DNA of 64,000 nucleotides. Origin: Haplodiscus bocki (Eukaryota). Positions 1 to 14,790 of the stretch are shown here, piece after piece. Both the position numbers and the translations under genes were made by a program. The stretch lies in assembly GCA_965655095.1 (NCBI GenBank), contig OZ296648.1, forward strand, positions 189,906,001 to 189,970,000. Direction: 5' to 3'. Under the pieces are notes generated by a model. It saw nothing but the letters and a program-made list of their open reading frames with translations. It made no database searches and had not been told where the DNA came from. Within the stretch, counting starts at the first letter, position 1. Each line of letters begins with the position of its first letter.

Positions 1-46
1 TATTTTATTCCTTTTATGTTTGTAACACTTTGTTTCCACTCCGCTT

Positions 47-246
47 NNNNNNNNNNNNNNNNNNNNNNNNNNNNNNNNNNNNNNNNNNNNNNNNNNNNNN
101 NNNNNNNNNNNNNNNNNNNNNNNNNNNNNNNNNNNNNNNNNNNNNNNNNNNNNNNNNNNNNNNNNNNNNNNNNNNNNNNNNNNNNNNNNNNNNNNNNNNN
201 NNNNNNNNNNNNNNNNNNNNNNNNNNNNNNNNNNNNNNNNNNNNNN
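47..246. other. Assembly gap (200 N)
   Basis: Run of N; ORFs spanning it are artefacts. Confidence 0.99.
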
Positions 247-559
247 AATGTACTGATTCATCGGCATTTTCCTTTTTGAAGTATGAGGCTGTTGCTGTCT
301 TTACAAAAATGTTATGGTGACGTGATTTCAATGTTTCGATCTCTTTTCCAAACTAGGATTACCTATTGGATTTGCAGATAAGAACTGATCGAGCCGAATG
401 CTCTGATTGCCGAACGAACCTGAAGACTCCAGGAAAAATGAAACGCGACCAGATCGGAACCCGAAAGGAGAACGCGTTTTTCACACCGTCCGCCAGAACC
501 AATTGCGCAAAAGAACTCTTGACGGAATAAACTTCCATAATTTCCATTTGAATTCCGTA

Positions 560-3500
560 ATAGGCTGTTTTAGCCTGTTAGTTGAATACTGTTGTTTGTA
601 TGGATCAAGATTTTCTTGAACGAAATTCATTAGTTAAATTAAACGTGCTTACCCCCCACCCGTGTTATCCTTCGTTTGGCACGCCTAATTAGCCTTCATT
701 TTGCGCTCAACCCTAATCTGGACGAACGATTACTTTAAACCCAGAAAATTCGGTAGTCCTCTTCACGATTCTTACCCGGAAAATTGGGAAAAAAGTGAAC
801 GCAAAGGAATGCCGTTTTTTTATTTGACCCTAAAACCATGAACTCAGATTTTAATCTCCTCAAGTTCAATCAAAAAGAATAAACTGGAGTTCATGATCTT
901 CTTAGTTTATTTTATTCTTCTGTAAATTTGTTTGAATTCAGAACAATTATGCAAGTTACTTATCATCGCGTCTACAAGTTTTGTCCTGTACATCCTATTT
1001 TTCTAAAAATGATTCAATCCTTTCAGATAACCTTGAACTGCAGCAAAAGACATAATATTAATATTAATAATAATTAGCCGCAGGCTTGAAAAACACACAC
1101 AAGACTAACAATTAAACACAGGGGTAATACTTCTCCGCTGCGCCGGAACCCAGGATGTATTTCCTTTGTCCACTGGCGCAAGTTCGTGTCTGGCAGATGA
1201 AACTGGTATTTCCGCCATTTCTACTTCATTCCATTTTTTCACCGGAAAGTCAAAAAGCAACGCTTCACCACCAGAGAGACCTCAACTAAACTACGCATTG
1301 TCTCAAACCCTCGCAAATTCCATTACATTACTTATCATCAAACGTTGATTCGGGTTGCCAGTAAAACCCATCATTAGGTACCTTGTTTCATTGCCAAACT
1401 GTGTACGTTGAGTTGGGGCTGAGTTTGGCTGAGCGCGCGGGTTTGATCTTGGATTCTGTGTGGGTTTTACCCTATTTTAACGACCATTGTATTTACTTTT
1501 CCAAAGTCTCGGGTGTTGTCGAAAATCCCGGTTTCCGTTGAACAACACAACATTGCCCAAAAAACTTTGTCTCGAGTGTCACTGGATAAAACCTTCTGAG
1601 CATTGTCTAAGTTCTTTTCACCGAGACATTACTGTTGGAGCCGAGAGGACACCTCCAACACCGGAAGCGAATTTTTACATCAATAATTCCTCGGATCCCT
1701 ATTGATTGTTTTATAACTTTGAGAGAACTTCACCCCCCGTCTGTTGTAATAAATCTGAGACCAGTCTCCAACTTTTGTCTTTCTGTTTTTTCGCTGCTGA
1801 ATGAGAGCTCTACCCGCACCAGTACGAGTGATGAGGTGAAACTGAGTTTATTCGCACACCTAAATATCCTTCGTTGTGCTCTCAAACCTGATCTGGACGA
1901 ACGATTAGTTTAAGCCTAATAAATTCGGTAGTTCTCATCATGATTCTTACCCAAAAATGAGTAAAAATTGAACGCAATGGAATGCCGTTTTTTATTGCAC
2001 CCTAAAACCATGAATTCAGCTTGTATTCAAGTTCCACCAAAAACAATTATCTGGAGTTAATGATGTGGGTGTATGTTCTTCTGTAAATCTCTTTTAATTC
2101 ATTACATTTATGCAGATTACATATTATCGCGTCTGTAAGTTCTTTGCCCAACAATTTAATTTTCTAAAGATAATACAATCTTTTTTCAAATAACATTGAA
2201 TAAAAGCAAAAACCATAAAAATATTATTTATTCGCCGGTTTAACAAAAACATGCAGGCGTAACAATTTCCTGAAGTGTTTTACTTCTCCGCGCCGCCGGC
2301 ACCCAGAAATAATTACTTATCTCCACTGGCATAAATTCGTGTCTGGCAGATGGAAATCGTGTTTTCACCATTCCTGGTTTTTTTCCTTTTTTTACCAGAA
2401 AGTCAAAAAGCGATCCCATTCCACCATAGAACCTCCAACTTCCCAACACCTTTCCGAAAATACTGGCAGCTTCTAGTACAATACTTATCTTTATACCTTG
2501 AGTTGGTTTTGCCGAAAATCAACATTGGGTATCTCGTTGCATTGCCAATTTTCGTAACGTTGAGTTGGGGCTGAGTTTGGTTAAACGCGCGGGTTTTGTC
2601 TTGGATTCTGTTTAAGGTATTACTCTACTTCAGTGACGAAAAACATTTTTTATCCAGGGTCTTGAGTTTTGTTGAAAATTTCGGGCTCCGCTGAACAACA
2701 CAACTTTGGCAATAAAACGTAAAACGTGACTCCAGTGTTACTGGATGAAACCTTCTGAGCATTATCTAAGTTCTTTTCACCGAGACATTACTGTTGGAGC
2801 CGAGAGGACACCTCCAACACCGGAAGCCAATTTTTATATCATTAGTTGTAGTTTGCTTTATTACATTGAGGGACATCCAATCCTCGTCTGTTGAGCTCAC
2901 TCTGATACTCCTCTCCTCTTTTTGTCTTTTTGAATTCTCGCTGCTTATAGAGAGCTGTAGTCCCACGGGCACGATATATGAAAGAAAAACGAAGTTGTTT
3001 GCTTGCCTAAATATCCTTCGTTTGGCGCTAAACACTGACCAGTTGAAACAATTATTTTAAACCTAAAAATTTTAGTGACCTTCTTCAAGATTCTAACCCA
3101 AAAAAGTGCGGAAGAAGTGAACGCAATGGATTGCCGTTTTTAATTCTTCCCGAAAGCTTAAATTCAGCTTTTATTCAAGTTCCAGCAACAAAATAACTTG
3201 AGATCATGATGTTAGTTTATGTTCTTCTGTAAATCTCTTTCAATTCAATACGAACACCTAAGTTTAACATCATCCCGTTTGTAAGTTTCGTTCTCTACAA
3301 CTTATCTTTCTAAAGATGATTCAATCCTTTCAGATAAGATTGGATTACAAAAACCATAAAAATAAAAAACAGCCCCAGGTTCAAAAAAAACTCGCAGACC
3401 CAACAATTCTCCACAAGTGTAATACTTCTGCGCACTACCGGCACCCAGGGACAATTTCTTTTCTTCACTGGCTCATTTTCGTGTCTGGCAGACGGAACTG

Positions 3501-4265
3501 GCCTTTCCCCCATTCTTCATTCATTCCATTTTTTGACCGGAAAGTCAAAAAGCAACCCTTCACCACCAGAGAGACCTCAGCTAAACTACGCGTTGTCTCA
3601 AACCCTCGCAAATTCTAGTACATTACTCATCTTCAAACAATGATTCGGTTTCCCAGTGAAACCCATCATTAGGTACCTTGTTTCATTGCCAATCTGTGTA
3701 CGTTGAGTTGGGGCTGAGTTTGGTTGAACGCGCGGGTTTTGTCTCGGATTCTGTGTGCGTTTTACCCTATTTCAACGACCAACGTATTCACTTTTCCAAT
3801 GTCTCGGGTGTTGTCGAAAATCCCGGTTTCCGTTGAACAACACATCTTTATCGAAAAAAATTGGCTCGAGTGTCACTGGATAAATCTGTGCCAGCAATAT
3901 CTGAATATTTGTGACGAAGACAATACTGTAAGATCCGAGAAGGTACCTCCAACACGGAAGCTTTTTTGCATCAACAGGCTCTCGTATCGCTATAGTTTGT
4001 TTTATTACTTTGAAAGAACTTCACACCCCGTCTGTTGTACTCACTCTGAAAGCACTCTCCACTTTTTTTGTTTTCTCGCTGCTGAATGACAGCTCTACGC
4101 GCACCACTACGAATGATGAGATTAAACTGAGGTTTTTTTGCACGCCTAATTATCCTTCGTTCGGCACTCAACCCTGACTTTCGGTAGTACTCCTCATGAT
4201 TCCTACCCAAAGAAATGAGTAGAAGATGGACGCAATGGAATGGCCTTTCTTAAGTCACCTTTAAA
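560..4265. repeat. Tandem triplication of a ~1.1-1.2 kb non-coding unit
   Basis: Anchor AACGCAA(T/A)GGA(A/T)TG(C/G)C recurs at ~800, ~1972, ~3121 and ~4230. GTTGAGTTGGGGCTGAGTTTGG recurs at ~1407, ~2559 and ~3702. Boundaries approximate. Confidence 0.85.
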
Positions 4266-6534
4266 ATCCGTTGGAAAACTGCCACGATTAGGAGCTCGTT
4301 GGTTGATATGCCCTAACGACAGAATGCTCAAACAGTGATTTATTGGGCGGCATAGTAGAGGACAAACTCTTGAATTTTGGTCTGCTTCAAGGCTGGATTC
4401 TGGCTGTGATTGGTAGAACAAAACAGGAGGAGCAAAACGGAGGTCAAAGAACCCTGGGTAAAAACGCGGATGATTTATTACACAATCTACCAAAGGAAAG
4501 ATAGGCTGATTTCCGAAAAGTTACCGGGAATTCCGGAAAAACGGATTTACGTTCTTCATCCACCCACAGTGTTTGCTTGGCCCCAGAACCCAAAAATATG
4601 GGAACTATAAATTCCAGTATCGAGCTACAACTGTCTTGAAATGATATCCACAACCTTTTGCTAATCCATCTTTTTGGTAATGGCTTCCATTTATCCCTTT
4701 GTAGTCGCCACGGAAAACCGGTACGTAAAGGAAACGTGCCACAAGTTGTGTTAACGTAACTGCTAGTGCTGGAGAGTCAGGTTCCGCACAATGGGACACC
4801 GGGTTTTGCGTAAAATTTTGGTACCCGACACTTCAGTTGGGCTCAAAGGATGTAAAAAAATCAAATGGATTTACAAGGGACGACTCTCAGACTTAGCCTC
4901 TGACAACTGAAGACCTGGAACCACAACTCACGCAGTCGATGAGAGAAGATCTCGGACATTCCGCGCCCATCCCAGATGTCATCTGCCTGCGGATGACGCT
5001 ATACAGTCTCACATGGCACTTGCACTGAAACAATAGAAAACCAATTCTGCGTACAACCGTGAGGAAGACAATCACACTATACATAAATTGAATCAACTGA
5101 ACGCTTCTGCTCACATACACTCATGATGGAAGATTTCCCCACCAAGGGTTAAAACGGAAAGGCAACTGACTCTATGGTCCACTCGTCATACGCACGAACA
5201 ACTAGCGGTCCAAACGTTCACATGTTGCCGATACGCAAAACTCATTGAGCCCATCAAGTATGACCCTTGCTTCGGTCAAGTACACTCCACTAGAACTCAA
5301 TGCCTCCACGTCACTCATCTCTTCCACCTCCTCAGGCTCAAGCAGAACATTCAATATTGCAGTGATTGCACCGTAAGCAGCTGCAATCCTTTAACGTTTC
5401 TGAAAAAGATCAGCAGATTGCTCAAACAAATGTAAAACACAGCATATCCATTAATGACAAAACCACGCTGTAATTCGGTGAGCCGTGCTGCACTAGTGGA
5501 TTGGCCACCCTCTGCGCCTAAGTGATGGACACGCCCAGCCCTCAAAGAACCGTGACCCCACCAAATACCCGCTTAAACTTATTGCTAAAACGAAAGTTGT
5601 CTCCCAAGACAATTGCACAGTTTTGTCACATTTTGCTGAATTCCCCCGACGAGTCTTCGCCCAGCACAATACACTGAATTGATGGACCTATTGGAAATTT
5701 CCCAGGAGAAAATGACAAGTGAGCACAACAACAGGTCGCAATTTGGGTTAGTTTGACAGTTCTCCAGCTGCCGAGGAGACTGTTTGCGAGGCGATGTCGA
5801 TGACTGACTGACTGACACCAAGTTGTTTAAAGAAATAAATCTCAGAGAGCACTGATGGATGTCGTGGCTGCGTCCACTTCAAATTTCATTTTCCCCGCCT
5901 GAACTTGCTCAAGCGGCTCAATTTCCTGTATCTACCGCCATATCTTCACCACTATGTCTCCGCGGGCCTTGAGCCACGTCAAAAAAGTTGCTTACGTCGC
6001 CCACAGAGTAGCGCCAAACAATCCCCACTTTTCTTTGTTCCAAAATGAACACCTTTTTTCCACCAGTCGTTTAACGTTGACTTACCCCAACAAGGATCAT
6101 TTCCGCGTGGCTGATACATCTGTCAGACATATAGATCCACCCCGTCGACACAGCGAACGACTACCAGCCAGAATCCTGCTTCCACACAAATAACCAACGG
6201 AGGAACAGATATTTTGCCCACAAACTAACGAAGGACCTCTTCGGCGTTACCAATGAGCCGAACAACATCGCACAATGAACCGCGCTACGCCTGTTTCTTT
6301 TTGCTGAGGAAGCCGAAGGTTGAGCTCGTGTGAAGGAAAAACGAAATTTAGTGTTAAATTCTGCAACTAGCCCATGTCTTAGTGTGAAGCACCTAAATCT
6401 ATTTAGTATCACTTAATAAATGCAAATTTTATATAGACTCGATATGGAAGATATTGTGTCATTATGAACACGACATTGTTGACAATATTTAAGCGTAAAT
6501 GCACTATAATCCATAAATAAGACGATCAGTTGGA

Positions 6535-7100
6535 TGTGAGGTACAGCACACCTCACTCAATTCACTGCAGTTATTTTGAAATTCACCGCTTTTATACCTT
6601 GAATTGAGCCCCCCACACACCTCACTCCAAGCGCAGTACGTTCACATAAGTTGTAACCATTTGTTTTCAACAGTCGGAAAAGAGCTTCAATATGAATCAT
6701 TTCAGTACAATTAATGGAAACATTATTGAAGTTTTTTGACTAGAAGGAGCTGACATACACCTCGCTCTAAGATTCAGTTTGACCCAGCTTCCATGAAAAT
6801 CATCGTTTAAAGCGAACCGACATTCATATCACTTAAAGTGCAGTGAAAGCTTAATATCATCATCTTTCGCCATCAAAAGTGAACCGTACCACACGCCACT
6901 CACGAATGTCCATTATTCACCGCAGCAGTGAAATGTTGACTCATTAATAGACCTCATTCTAGTGCAATTCCATTTTAAAAGCGCGAGAACAACTTTGGAG
7001 TACGCGGGACGTATTGCCTGCAATAACTTGATTATTTGGTCATCCGGTGGTGAGAAAACACGATCAAATTTAGTGAGCTGTACATAAGCTCACTTCCGTC
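6535..7100. repeat. Degenerate ~65-70 bp periodic array (TGAGCnnnnnACACCTCACTC-like motif)
   Basis: Related motifs at ~6537, 6604, 6680, 6748, 6813, 6879, 6937 and 7073. Confidence 0.45.
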
Positions 7101-9636
7101 GACCAAGCATTTGCTGTCGTAGACAATCAGTGCTTTTTTCAATGAATGAAATTTTTTACGCTCTTAGCGAGGCTATCAGTACACCACCCGTGCAGTCAAA
7201 AACATATAGTTTAATTGTAAAAGAAAGTGAGGTTTTAGAGAGGCGTTAGTTAGAAGGAAAATTGGTGCTAGTTGATATTGTGAAGTATAGGTGCGAATGT
7301 GAGCTCCAATGGGAAGCTCCCAAATATTCACGCAGTGTAATTGCACTCCCAATTACACCCCAGCTCCACCGCACCACTAACCTCGTCAGAACCTCGATAG
7401 AGCACAGCCAACGATACACCTCGTGTATTTCTGCTACGTACTTGACCTCTTTCAACTTCGTGAAGGAAGCGTTTCTTCCCTTGAGCTTCAATCTTAACGT
7501 CACTCTGACATTTATAGCTGTACATTTATACTCTCGCCTGCTTCTATACTATACTGATCTTAACACATATCACCTGCTGCTGGAAATTCAATATAATTTC
7601 ACTAACGCCATTTTTCTCTAGTTAAAGAGTAACGAAACCAAAGCTGGTACTCAAACACACGACAGCTCTTCAGACACGATTCATTTAAGCATGAGACAAG
7701 CACACGATATGGATTCTCAAGAGAACGAATCCTCCACCAGTCAACTAACACTCAGATTGGTTGACGAACGGATCAAACAAGCAAAATCCAATCCTCAGGC
7801 GAGTTGCAGATTCATGTGCTGTATTGGCGAGTCGGACTGAGTTGGAATCTGCTCTAAACAGCAAAGTGTCTAGTTCGAGACGTGACACTTTGTCCGCTAG
7901 CCCCTCGTGTAACCGGCATGACACTGCTCAGCATGTTGCAAAAGTTAATGTGCGACAATTTCGAGTTTTTGACCCAAAGTCAAAAAAGTCAATTTCCGAG
8001 ATATGCTTAGTTTTGATCTTTCCATTAAAATTACAGTTAGAGTGTAATATCCATATTCTTATGTCGTCTCAAAATTTCAACGCTTGCTTGTCTGCTGCAG
8101 CAGTTAATTGCACCATAGATTTGTTTTGTGAATCTTGATTTGAGTTTATCTATGCGTCGCCACGTGCCAGCTGTATGAAATGCTCTAAATAGCTGTGAAG
8201 ATACATTTAGCTTGTCTTATGACCAGAAAAGACTATTTTGTTCTATTTTGTATTGAGTAAAATCTTAGTGGTATTTTTTCGACTGGAATGATTTTTGATT
8301 ACTCAACTAGCTAGATTTTTCACTTGCATTTGCCGGCTTTTTTCGCATTTCACTGCTTTTTATAATTTCGTGGCTTGTCGATTGAAAAACAAGTTTAGAT
8401 TCAAATATACACAAAATTCGACGACATCATGTCAAAGAGCCCTTGTTTTTAGTTCACTGAACAAAACCGATAGACTTAGTGACTCATGTTCTGATACATT
8501 GAATGTAAAAAGCTATAAAAATTATTCGCTTCGCTAATTCTTTTTTCTGTCGAAACGTAGCAAAAATTTGATAATTGTTCAGACAGCATTTAGCTTTGTT
8601 ATTACCTACATTTGAACGTAAATACATATCCCTTATTATCGTGTTCTCTTTCCGTACTTTGTTTTCCAGAGCAACGGTCAGTTATTTTCAATTCGGAAAT
8701 TTCGGTTTTTTTTGCCAAATATCCATTAATCCCTCACTTTTTCCAAAAAAAGGTTTTGAAATTCTGTAGAAATTTATTCAACCACTCTAAAATCTGAAAG
8801 AAAATATATTGAGTTACTTCAGAAAGTGTTTGTTTCTCAGAGACGAGCGACGAGCGCGCTGAGTGAAAAAAAGGCTAATTTTTGCAGAATTGTCATCGAA
8901 TTTCAGAAAACGAGTGGACAAAACTCTCTAAATGATTCGATATCACGTTTTGCGAAAGCAGCAAAAGTAATAGAAACCTCCGGCAGGTATCTATCGCACC
9001 GTATAGGGCAACGGTTTGACAAGCTTTGCACCACAGAAAATTTCCTTCGGACCTTCCGCATATTTAGTACTCTTTATTCTGTGATTGGCTCGGCGAGGAA
9101 AGGGAAGTTTGTTCGAGGGATTTACATGTTGCGAAAAACAGGCGTGCCTCTTGACTTAGACCTGATGGCACAAGCTTAAAAAGCCTTGCCTGGCCCTGGA
9201 GGCAAAAAGCAATTTTAATCAGAAGCTGAAATGAGAAATGAGTGTCTTGAGACATAATTTGAAATTTTCCCATGTTAGCAAAATGGAGTAAAGCTTAACT
9301 TCAAATTTTTATTCTCCATTGACAGTTTCAGCTCTCTCATGTTTCAAGTGTTCTGGCTCTGCTCGTCTGTTTGCACAGCGCGTGCAGCGGGTGTGTCTTT
9401 TTACCGCCTTTTAACTTCGGGGTTGCTCTTTTTTATGCCCAATATGCTGAATAAAAACGACGTGGTGACTTCGAAAAACTAAAATTTTGCAATTGTGTGC
9501 CATCTCGAGTAAAAACCAGCATATCCATCTCCTGACACAGTAGATGGAGCGTATTTCAGTAAAAAACAACTTGCATTACATAGCTACCAGAACTCATAAA
9601 GAATGTCAGAGACTGCCCTCCTGAGGAAGAGAACGT

Positions 9637-10559
9637 CCCAGCCATCAAAAAGCCATAGTAGGCCTGCAATGCTGCAGAAATTAATGGCAGCCTTACCATG
9701 ATACATGGAACATGGCGCATACCGGTCTTTTCATAATCATCGTTTGATCGTGGCAGCCTTTCCATGGCTCATCTTGATCCATGACAATCATTTCATGGCT
9801 TCTCATGGACCATGAAATGGCTGCCACGTCAGCCTTTTTCGAAGTGTAGCTACCAAATTTATTTTTTTTTAGATTTGAAAAATACATGTTCAGGATCCTG
9901 CGGTGATTATTTACCGAAGTAACCCCATTGAAGAAAGAACTCCATTCGACACGTTTTTTTTTCTGAAAAGTGTCTTTCTTGGATATCCTTCACGCCAGAA
10001 CTATACATTCTGATGAAATCCAAACGAGATCCTATTGGTCAATATGGAGTTCAATTTTCAAATGGGTACAAAAATTTCATAGGCTTTATTCATTGACAAA
10101 AATTGAAATACTGGATGATAGTGACAGCTACATAAAAATTGGGAAAAAGTAAAAAAACAGCAGTTTTCATGCTTCTCCACACTTTTGTGGCAAAAAAATG
10201 CAAGGATTGATTTTATGTATAGAACGAATAATATTGAATTTAATGCACTTTTTATTAACTCGTTGTATTTACAAGTTTTTGAGCGGCGAGTTGAGTGAGG
10301 GAATTGACAATTTAGGTCACGAAAAGTGCAAAGAAATCAACTAAAATTATTGATGCTATAATGGAATCTTTGCGAAGATCATGCATTTCCATGGCGGGCT
10401 TGCCATGGTTCATGCATGCCTGCCATGGAACATGCCAACCTTGGCACAGCTGTGTATCATCATTGCTATTCTTGCCATGATCTTGCCATAATCATGGGAA
10501 GGCTTACTTGAGATTTTACCAGATCATGGCAAGCCTGCCATGGCTTCGATCGTGCCGGG
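9637..10559. mobile_element. Non-autonomous CCC-ended (CMC/EnSpm-type) MITE
   Basis: Left end CCCAGCCATCAAAAAGCCATAGTAGGCCTGCAATG matches the reverse complement of the right end (CCCGGCACGATCGAAGCCATGGCAGGCTTGCCATG). GT flanks both sides (9635-9636, 10560-10561). CATG-rich subterminal repeats. Confidence 0.7.
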
Positions 10560-13500
10560 GTGGACCTCTGATTTCATTGGTCACCACAAGATGACACATC
10601 CAGAAGTGCCGAAGAAGCCCCTCTAAGAAGACGTCGATTTTATCCGGAATGATAGAAACTTGAAAAGTGCATACATTTTGAAAGGAAACCGTTCAGTAAA
10701 ATGCCTTAAACAGGTGTGGTAGTGCAAAATTGAATTTTAACTCTAACGGTTGTGATCATCGCTTCAACCGAGCCGACCCCAAGAGCATCATCTAAATTTC
10801 ATCAATTTTTAATTCTGTCAAAAGTTGACTCAGTTATTCGATATCAGATTAATTTGTTGTTTTGATCTTTGTTTTGTTTGCTACATTTGAGCCTTTGCAC
10901 TCACTTCAAATCTGCTAGCATGTCATCCATCATGTAAACGGTTTCAGTGCAGCATGTTAAAGGAGCTAACCAATTCCGATAAAAAAGCAATTGTTATGGC
11001 TTGGCCGGGAAAAAATTATTTTTAACGCATTAATGGGTGTAATAATTAAATATTATGGGTGTAATCGAGGGAATGCTTCTTATTATTTTCGATTTAGCTA
11101 GAGAGTAGTAGTGATACAGAGCCATCAATATGAGGCGGCCCAAGTTTTAATTATTAACTTTTGGTCTGAGTTTGTTATTTAAGATTGAGTGTCACAACAT
11201 GCAATTAATCCACTATTACTATTTCCTCGCAGAATCCAAAACGGAATACAGGGCATTAAAATTACAGGAAGTCCAAGGTGATGAGTTTTTTCCGTGGTCA
11301 GAACTGAGCAACCTGTTGCCCAACCTTATGTGAACAGAGCTAGTCAAACGTTTGTGTTACAATCTTGCCAGCCTTGCGAAATGAGACGGGAGGCTTGCCA
11401 GGATATTGCATGTTCAGGCTAGCAATGTCGAGACTTGGGAAGATCATGAGAAGATTTTATCAACACCGCCATGATCTGAATTTCTAGGCTGTCAACAGCA
11501 ATTGAATGAACGAGATTGCCGAACAATGAAACATTGAAAACTTGAAAAAGGAAAAATCAAACCTTTAAAGGTGCTTGATTTGACTTAGAGAAATTATGTT
11601 ATGATTTTACTTTCAGTAAAGAAACCAAGTTTGTTCTCAAATAATTCAAATGAAAATACTTTTTTTAAATAAAGTAATACCATGACGCGCAGCAGCACTG
11701 CGATTTTTTCCGTCAAAGTGGTGTAGAAAAGATTGATCGAACAAATAACAACAACATTTTGAGAATGTTGAAAAAACGTGAACATGTTCATTCCGAATTG
11801 CCAGATTCCGGAGAAAAAAAATCAACCTACTGAGGGAAAAATTTTTCTTTCGTAATTTACATTACGACGGAGAAGAATAAGAACTTATGCTCCTGTCTGA
11901 ACATATAAACTGGCATGTAACATGTAAATGTAACAAAGAGACCAGTATTTCCATATTCCTTCATAACCTCCAACATAAAAAAAAACATATTCTCAAACAT
12001 TAAAAAACATACTAGCGCCGCTCTTCTGTCAGACCAAGTAAGTTCTCATAGTTGTCTGTTCGAAGCACACCAATAGTAATAGACTTCATAAATTACTAAA
12101 TTGTTTTATTTCTTGCAAATATGTATGCGTTTGGCGAGTATTAGGTTTACATTAGAAAAAACGAGTTCAAGAGCCAACAACCTGGAAGTAATCAAACCGG
12201 TCGCTATGCTCTACGTCCAAAGATTCGAGACTAGTTGATGTCACAACAAAATTTGGCCAACCTATCCGCTATCTCGAGGAAGGTGAGATGTTTATTGTGC
12301 ATCAACTTGTGATTCTGTGGTTTTTTGTTCTCGTAAGGAGGGAAAGAACGGTGTATCGGGAAGTCACTATCATCATGAATGCTAGTTGAACCCAGAAAGT
12401 GAGTGAACTAGTCGGCCAGTTATTCGTACACATGAAGCCGAAAATGGGCGTGTTTTTAAGAAATAATTGGTAACTTTCAGAGTAGTTTTATTATCTTCTA
12501 ATCTTGAGAAGGAATGAACGAATAGTATGAAGAAACAAGAGGTAATAAATGAACTACAAACAGATTTGGACGTTTACATCAGAGATGAAAGTTTTTATAA
12601 ACAGAATCTGAAATAGTTAGTCTTCTTTTCGTTCCAGCAAAAACATGCTGAGGTACACATATGGCTACACAGATGGAATGCTACATAAGAAATTATTCCA
12701 AAGAATCAAAGATAAACAAGTATCCCATGAAATGAGAGCATGAATAAAAGATCAAAACTAGAAGAGAAAAAACCATTGGCAATTGATGGTCTCGAAAAAC
12801 ACCTGCAAGAGACATGAAATTAGAAGACAATTTTTTATGAAGCAAGTCTTCTGACATTCAAACAATTTAGAAAAACTACGGTTTGCACCTGGAGATAATG
12901 ATACAATTTTAGTGGTGTTAATATATTCATAATTGTTCACAAACAATTAGCCGACCATAAAACCAAAGTTTTTTGTCGTGAGAAGGTTACAACAGCAAGC
13001 TTTAAAGTCAAAGAAAACAATTAATAGATTGATAATTGAACTTTGTTTAAAATCACGCCTATTCCTATCAAGTAAGCAAAAGCTTGTCTTGAATAAGATA
13101 GTCCCATAAAAGTTTATGATCAAAGATGGAAGGTTGAACGAGATTTTGAACTCCGCCAAATACAGTAAGAGCAACGGTACAGAAAATCGTAATCAGTCCC
13201 TCTATAAGACAGTTTTACTTGATAATTTTGACGACAGCGATCAAGTTTTTGAAAACTATCACGGTTTATCCGATGAGTACCCACTTGGATAGAAGAATGG
13301 CAAGGGGAACATCATTAAAAACATACAAAAGTGAATAATATCTCTCAGACCTAAGTTGACCCTCTATTAGGCAGAGTTTCTTTGAAGGCTTATTGAACAT
13401 GACAGCATCGAGTCCCAAGCAGGACATCGTTTAATGGAAGGAGTGTTCGAAGCTGACAGAGGATGAAGTAAAGTACATACTAAACGAGCAATAAAACGTC

Positions 13501-14611
13501 TTCAACTTATACGACAACTCTGAGAACCTTTACGAGTTTCTTACCCTTAACACCGATTACACCTCGCAGGAAAAACCCTGAAGAAGAACAGAGAATCTTC
13601 ATAGTGCGAAGAGCTCAATGAGTGACATCAATCTAATGCCAAGGTGTTATGGAAAAAATGTTTCGAGGTGGGGAAAACAATTACAAGAAGTTTAGCACAT
13701 TGAATTGAATAACCTGATACATACAGCAGAGATTTTAAAAGTTTCAGGATTCAGGACCAACAACTCTTTGTGTAACGTAACACTCAGTATAAAACTTGTT
13801 ACAGCCTTGTTTTTGTACCCATAGTAGCTGTAGTTCGCGTTTGTACTACCGCATTTGCTGTCAAGTTTCGCAGTGAATTTATTAAGAGAAAAGAAACAAT
13901 TTCTAAGGAGTTACACACTTCCCTAACAAACTCTAGAAAACTTTAGGTTGATTTACAAATTTACAAAACAGTTTCAAAAGAAATAAACTAACTTTTGACG
14001 AATTCAAGCCGAACACGTATTCCAATGGTGAATACAAAAAGGAAAATTGTTTTCTCCACGCCGGTAGGTATAAATAACGACTATGTAACCAAGCCGATTT
14101 ATAAGTCGAATTTCTTCAGATACTCACTTTGGAGTGTGGAAATTATGAACAATAAAAACCGTAATGTTAGTATATCTCTTCCACGCAAAGATTAATATTC
14201 AATGCAGAACAGATACCTCTTTCGAAAATTTTGAATCCCTGAAAACGGTAATACAAGATGGGCAGTTAATAATGCTTTTGCCTTGATGAATATTAAACCA
14301 TAAGCTCTTTTAGCTGACTAAAAGTAGCTACATGGTCCGGTAAACAAATAGAAAAAATTCACAATCTCTGAATAAAAAGGTTGTTGTGTAAACTACTAGC
14401 AAGTCACCGAAGACTTAGTGAATTTTTGTTTGGTTTCGGATATTCACTAACAACACGGCGGAACACGTCTGATTGATATCTTTGAGGTTGCTGAAAATTT
14501 ATATATGGCCTTAGTTACACCCTAAATCTGAACGAAAAAACTAAGACCGTTCTTATCTCTGATGTCATCATCTGAAATGACTTCATTTCTGTAAACAGGT
14601 TGTTAACAAAG

Positions 14612-14790
14612 CCAAAATTTTGACGGAAATTCGTTATCATGTTCATCTTCTGCCTCTTTTGTCTTTTTATTATGGATATTTAGGCTCAGAAAAGTTTACC
14701 AGCTTCGTTTTCCAACCAATTGTTTTACTAACGCTGCACTACACAAGCAGAATTGTTGTTTTTAATCCAATGGTGATCTTAAATAAAAGC
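14612..14790 (+). repeat. ~180-bp direct repeat, copy 1
   Basis: CCAAAATTTTGACGGAAATTCGTTATCAT...GGTGATCTTAAATAAAAGC, near-identical to 15771-15949. Confidence 0.9.

Noticed and set aside
14-331. ORFs across the N run
   Set aside because: Artefacts of the assembly gap.
4270-6300. GC-richer stretch that looks like decayed coding DNA (possible LTR-retrotransposon relic)
   Set aside because: No diagnostic gag, protease, RT or integrase motif could be read with confidence.
6450-7923. Possible solo LTR ending CATGACA
   Set aside because: Candidate TGTC starts at ~6457 and ~6907 give no matching TSD.
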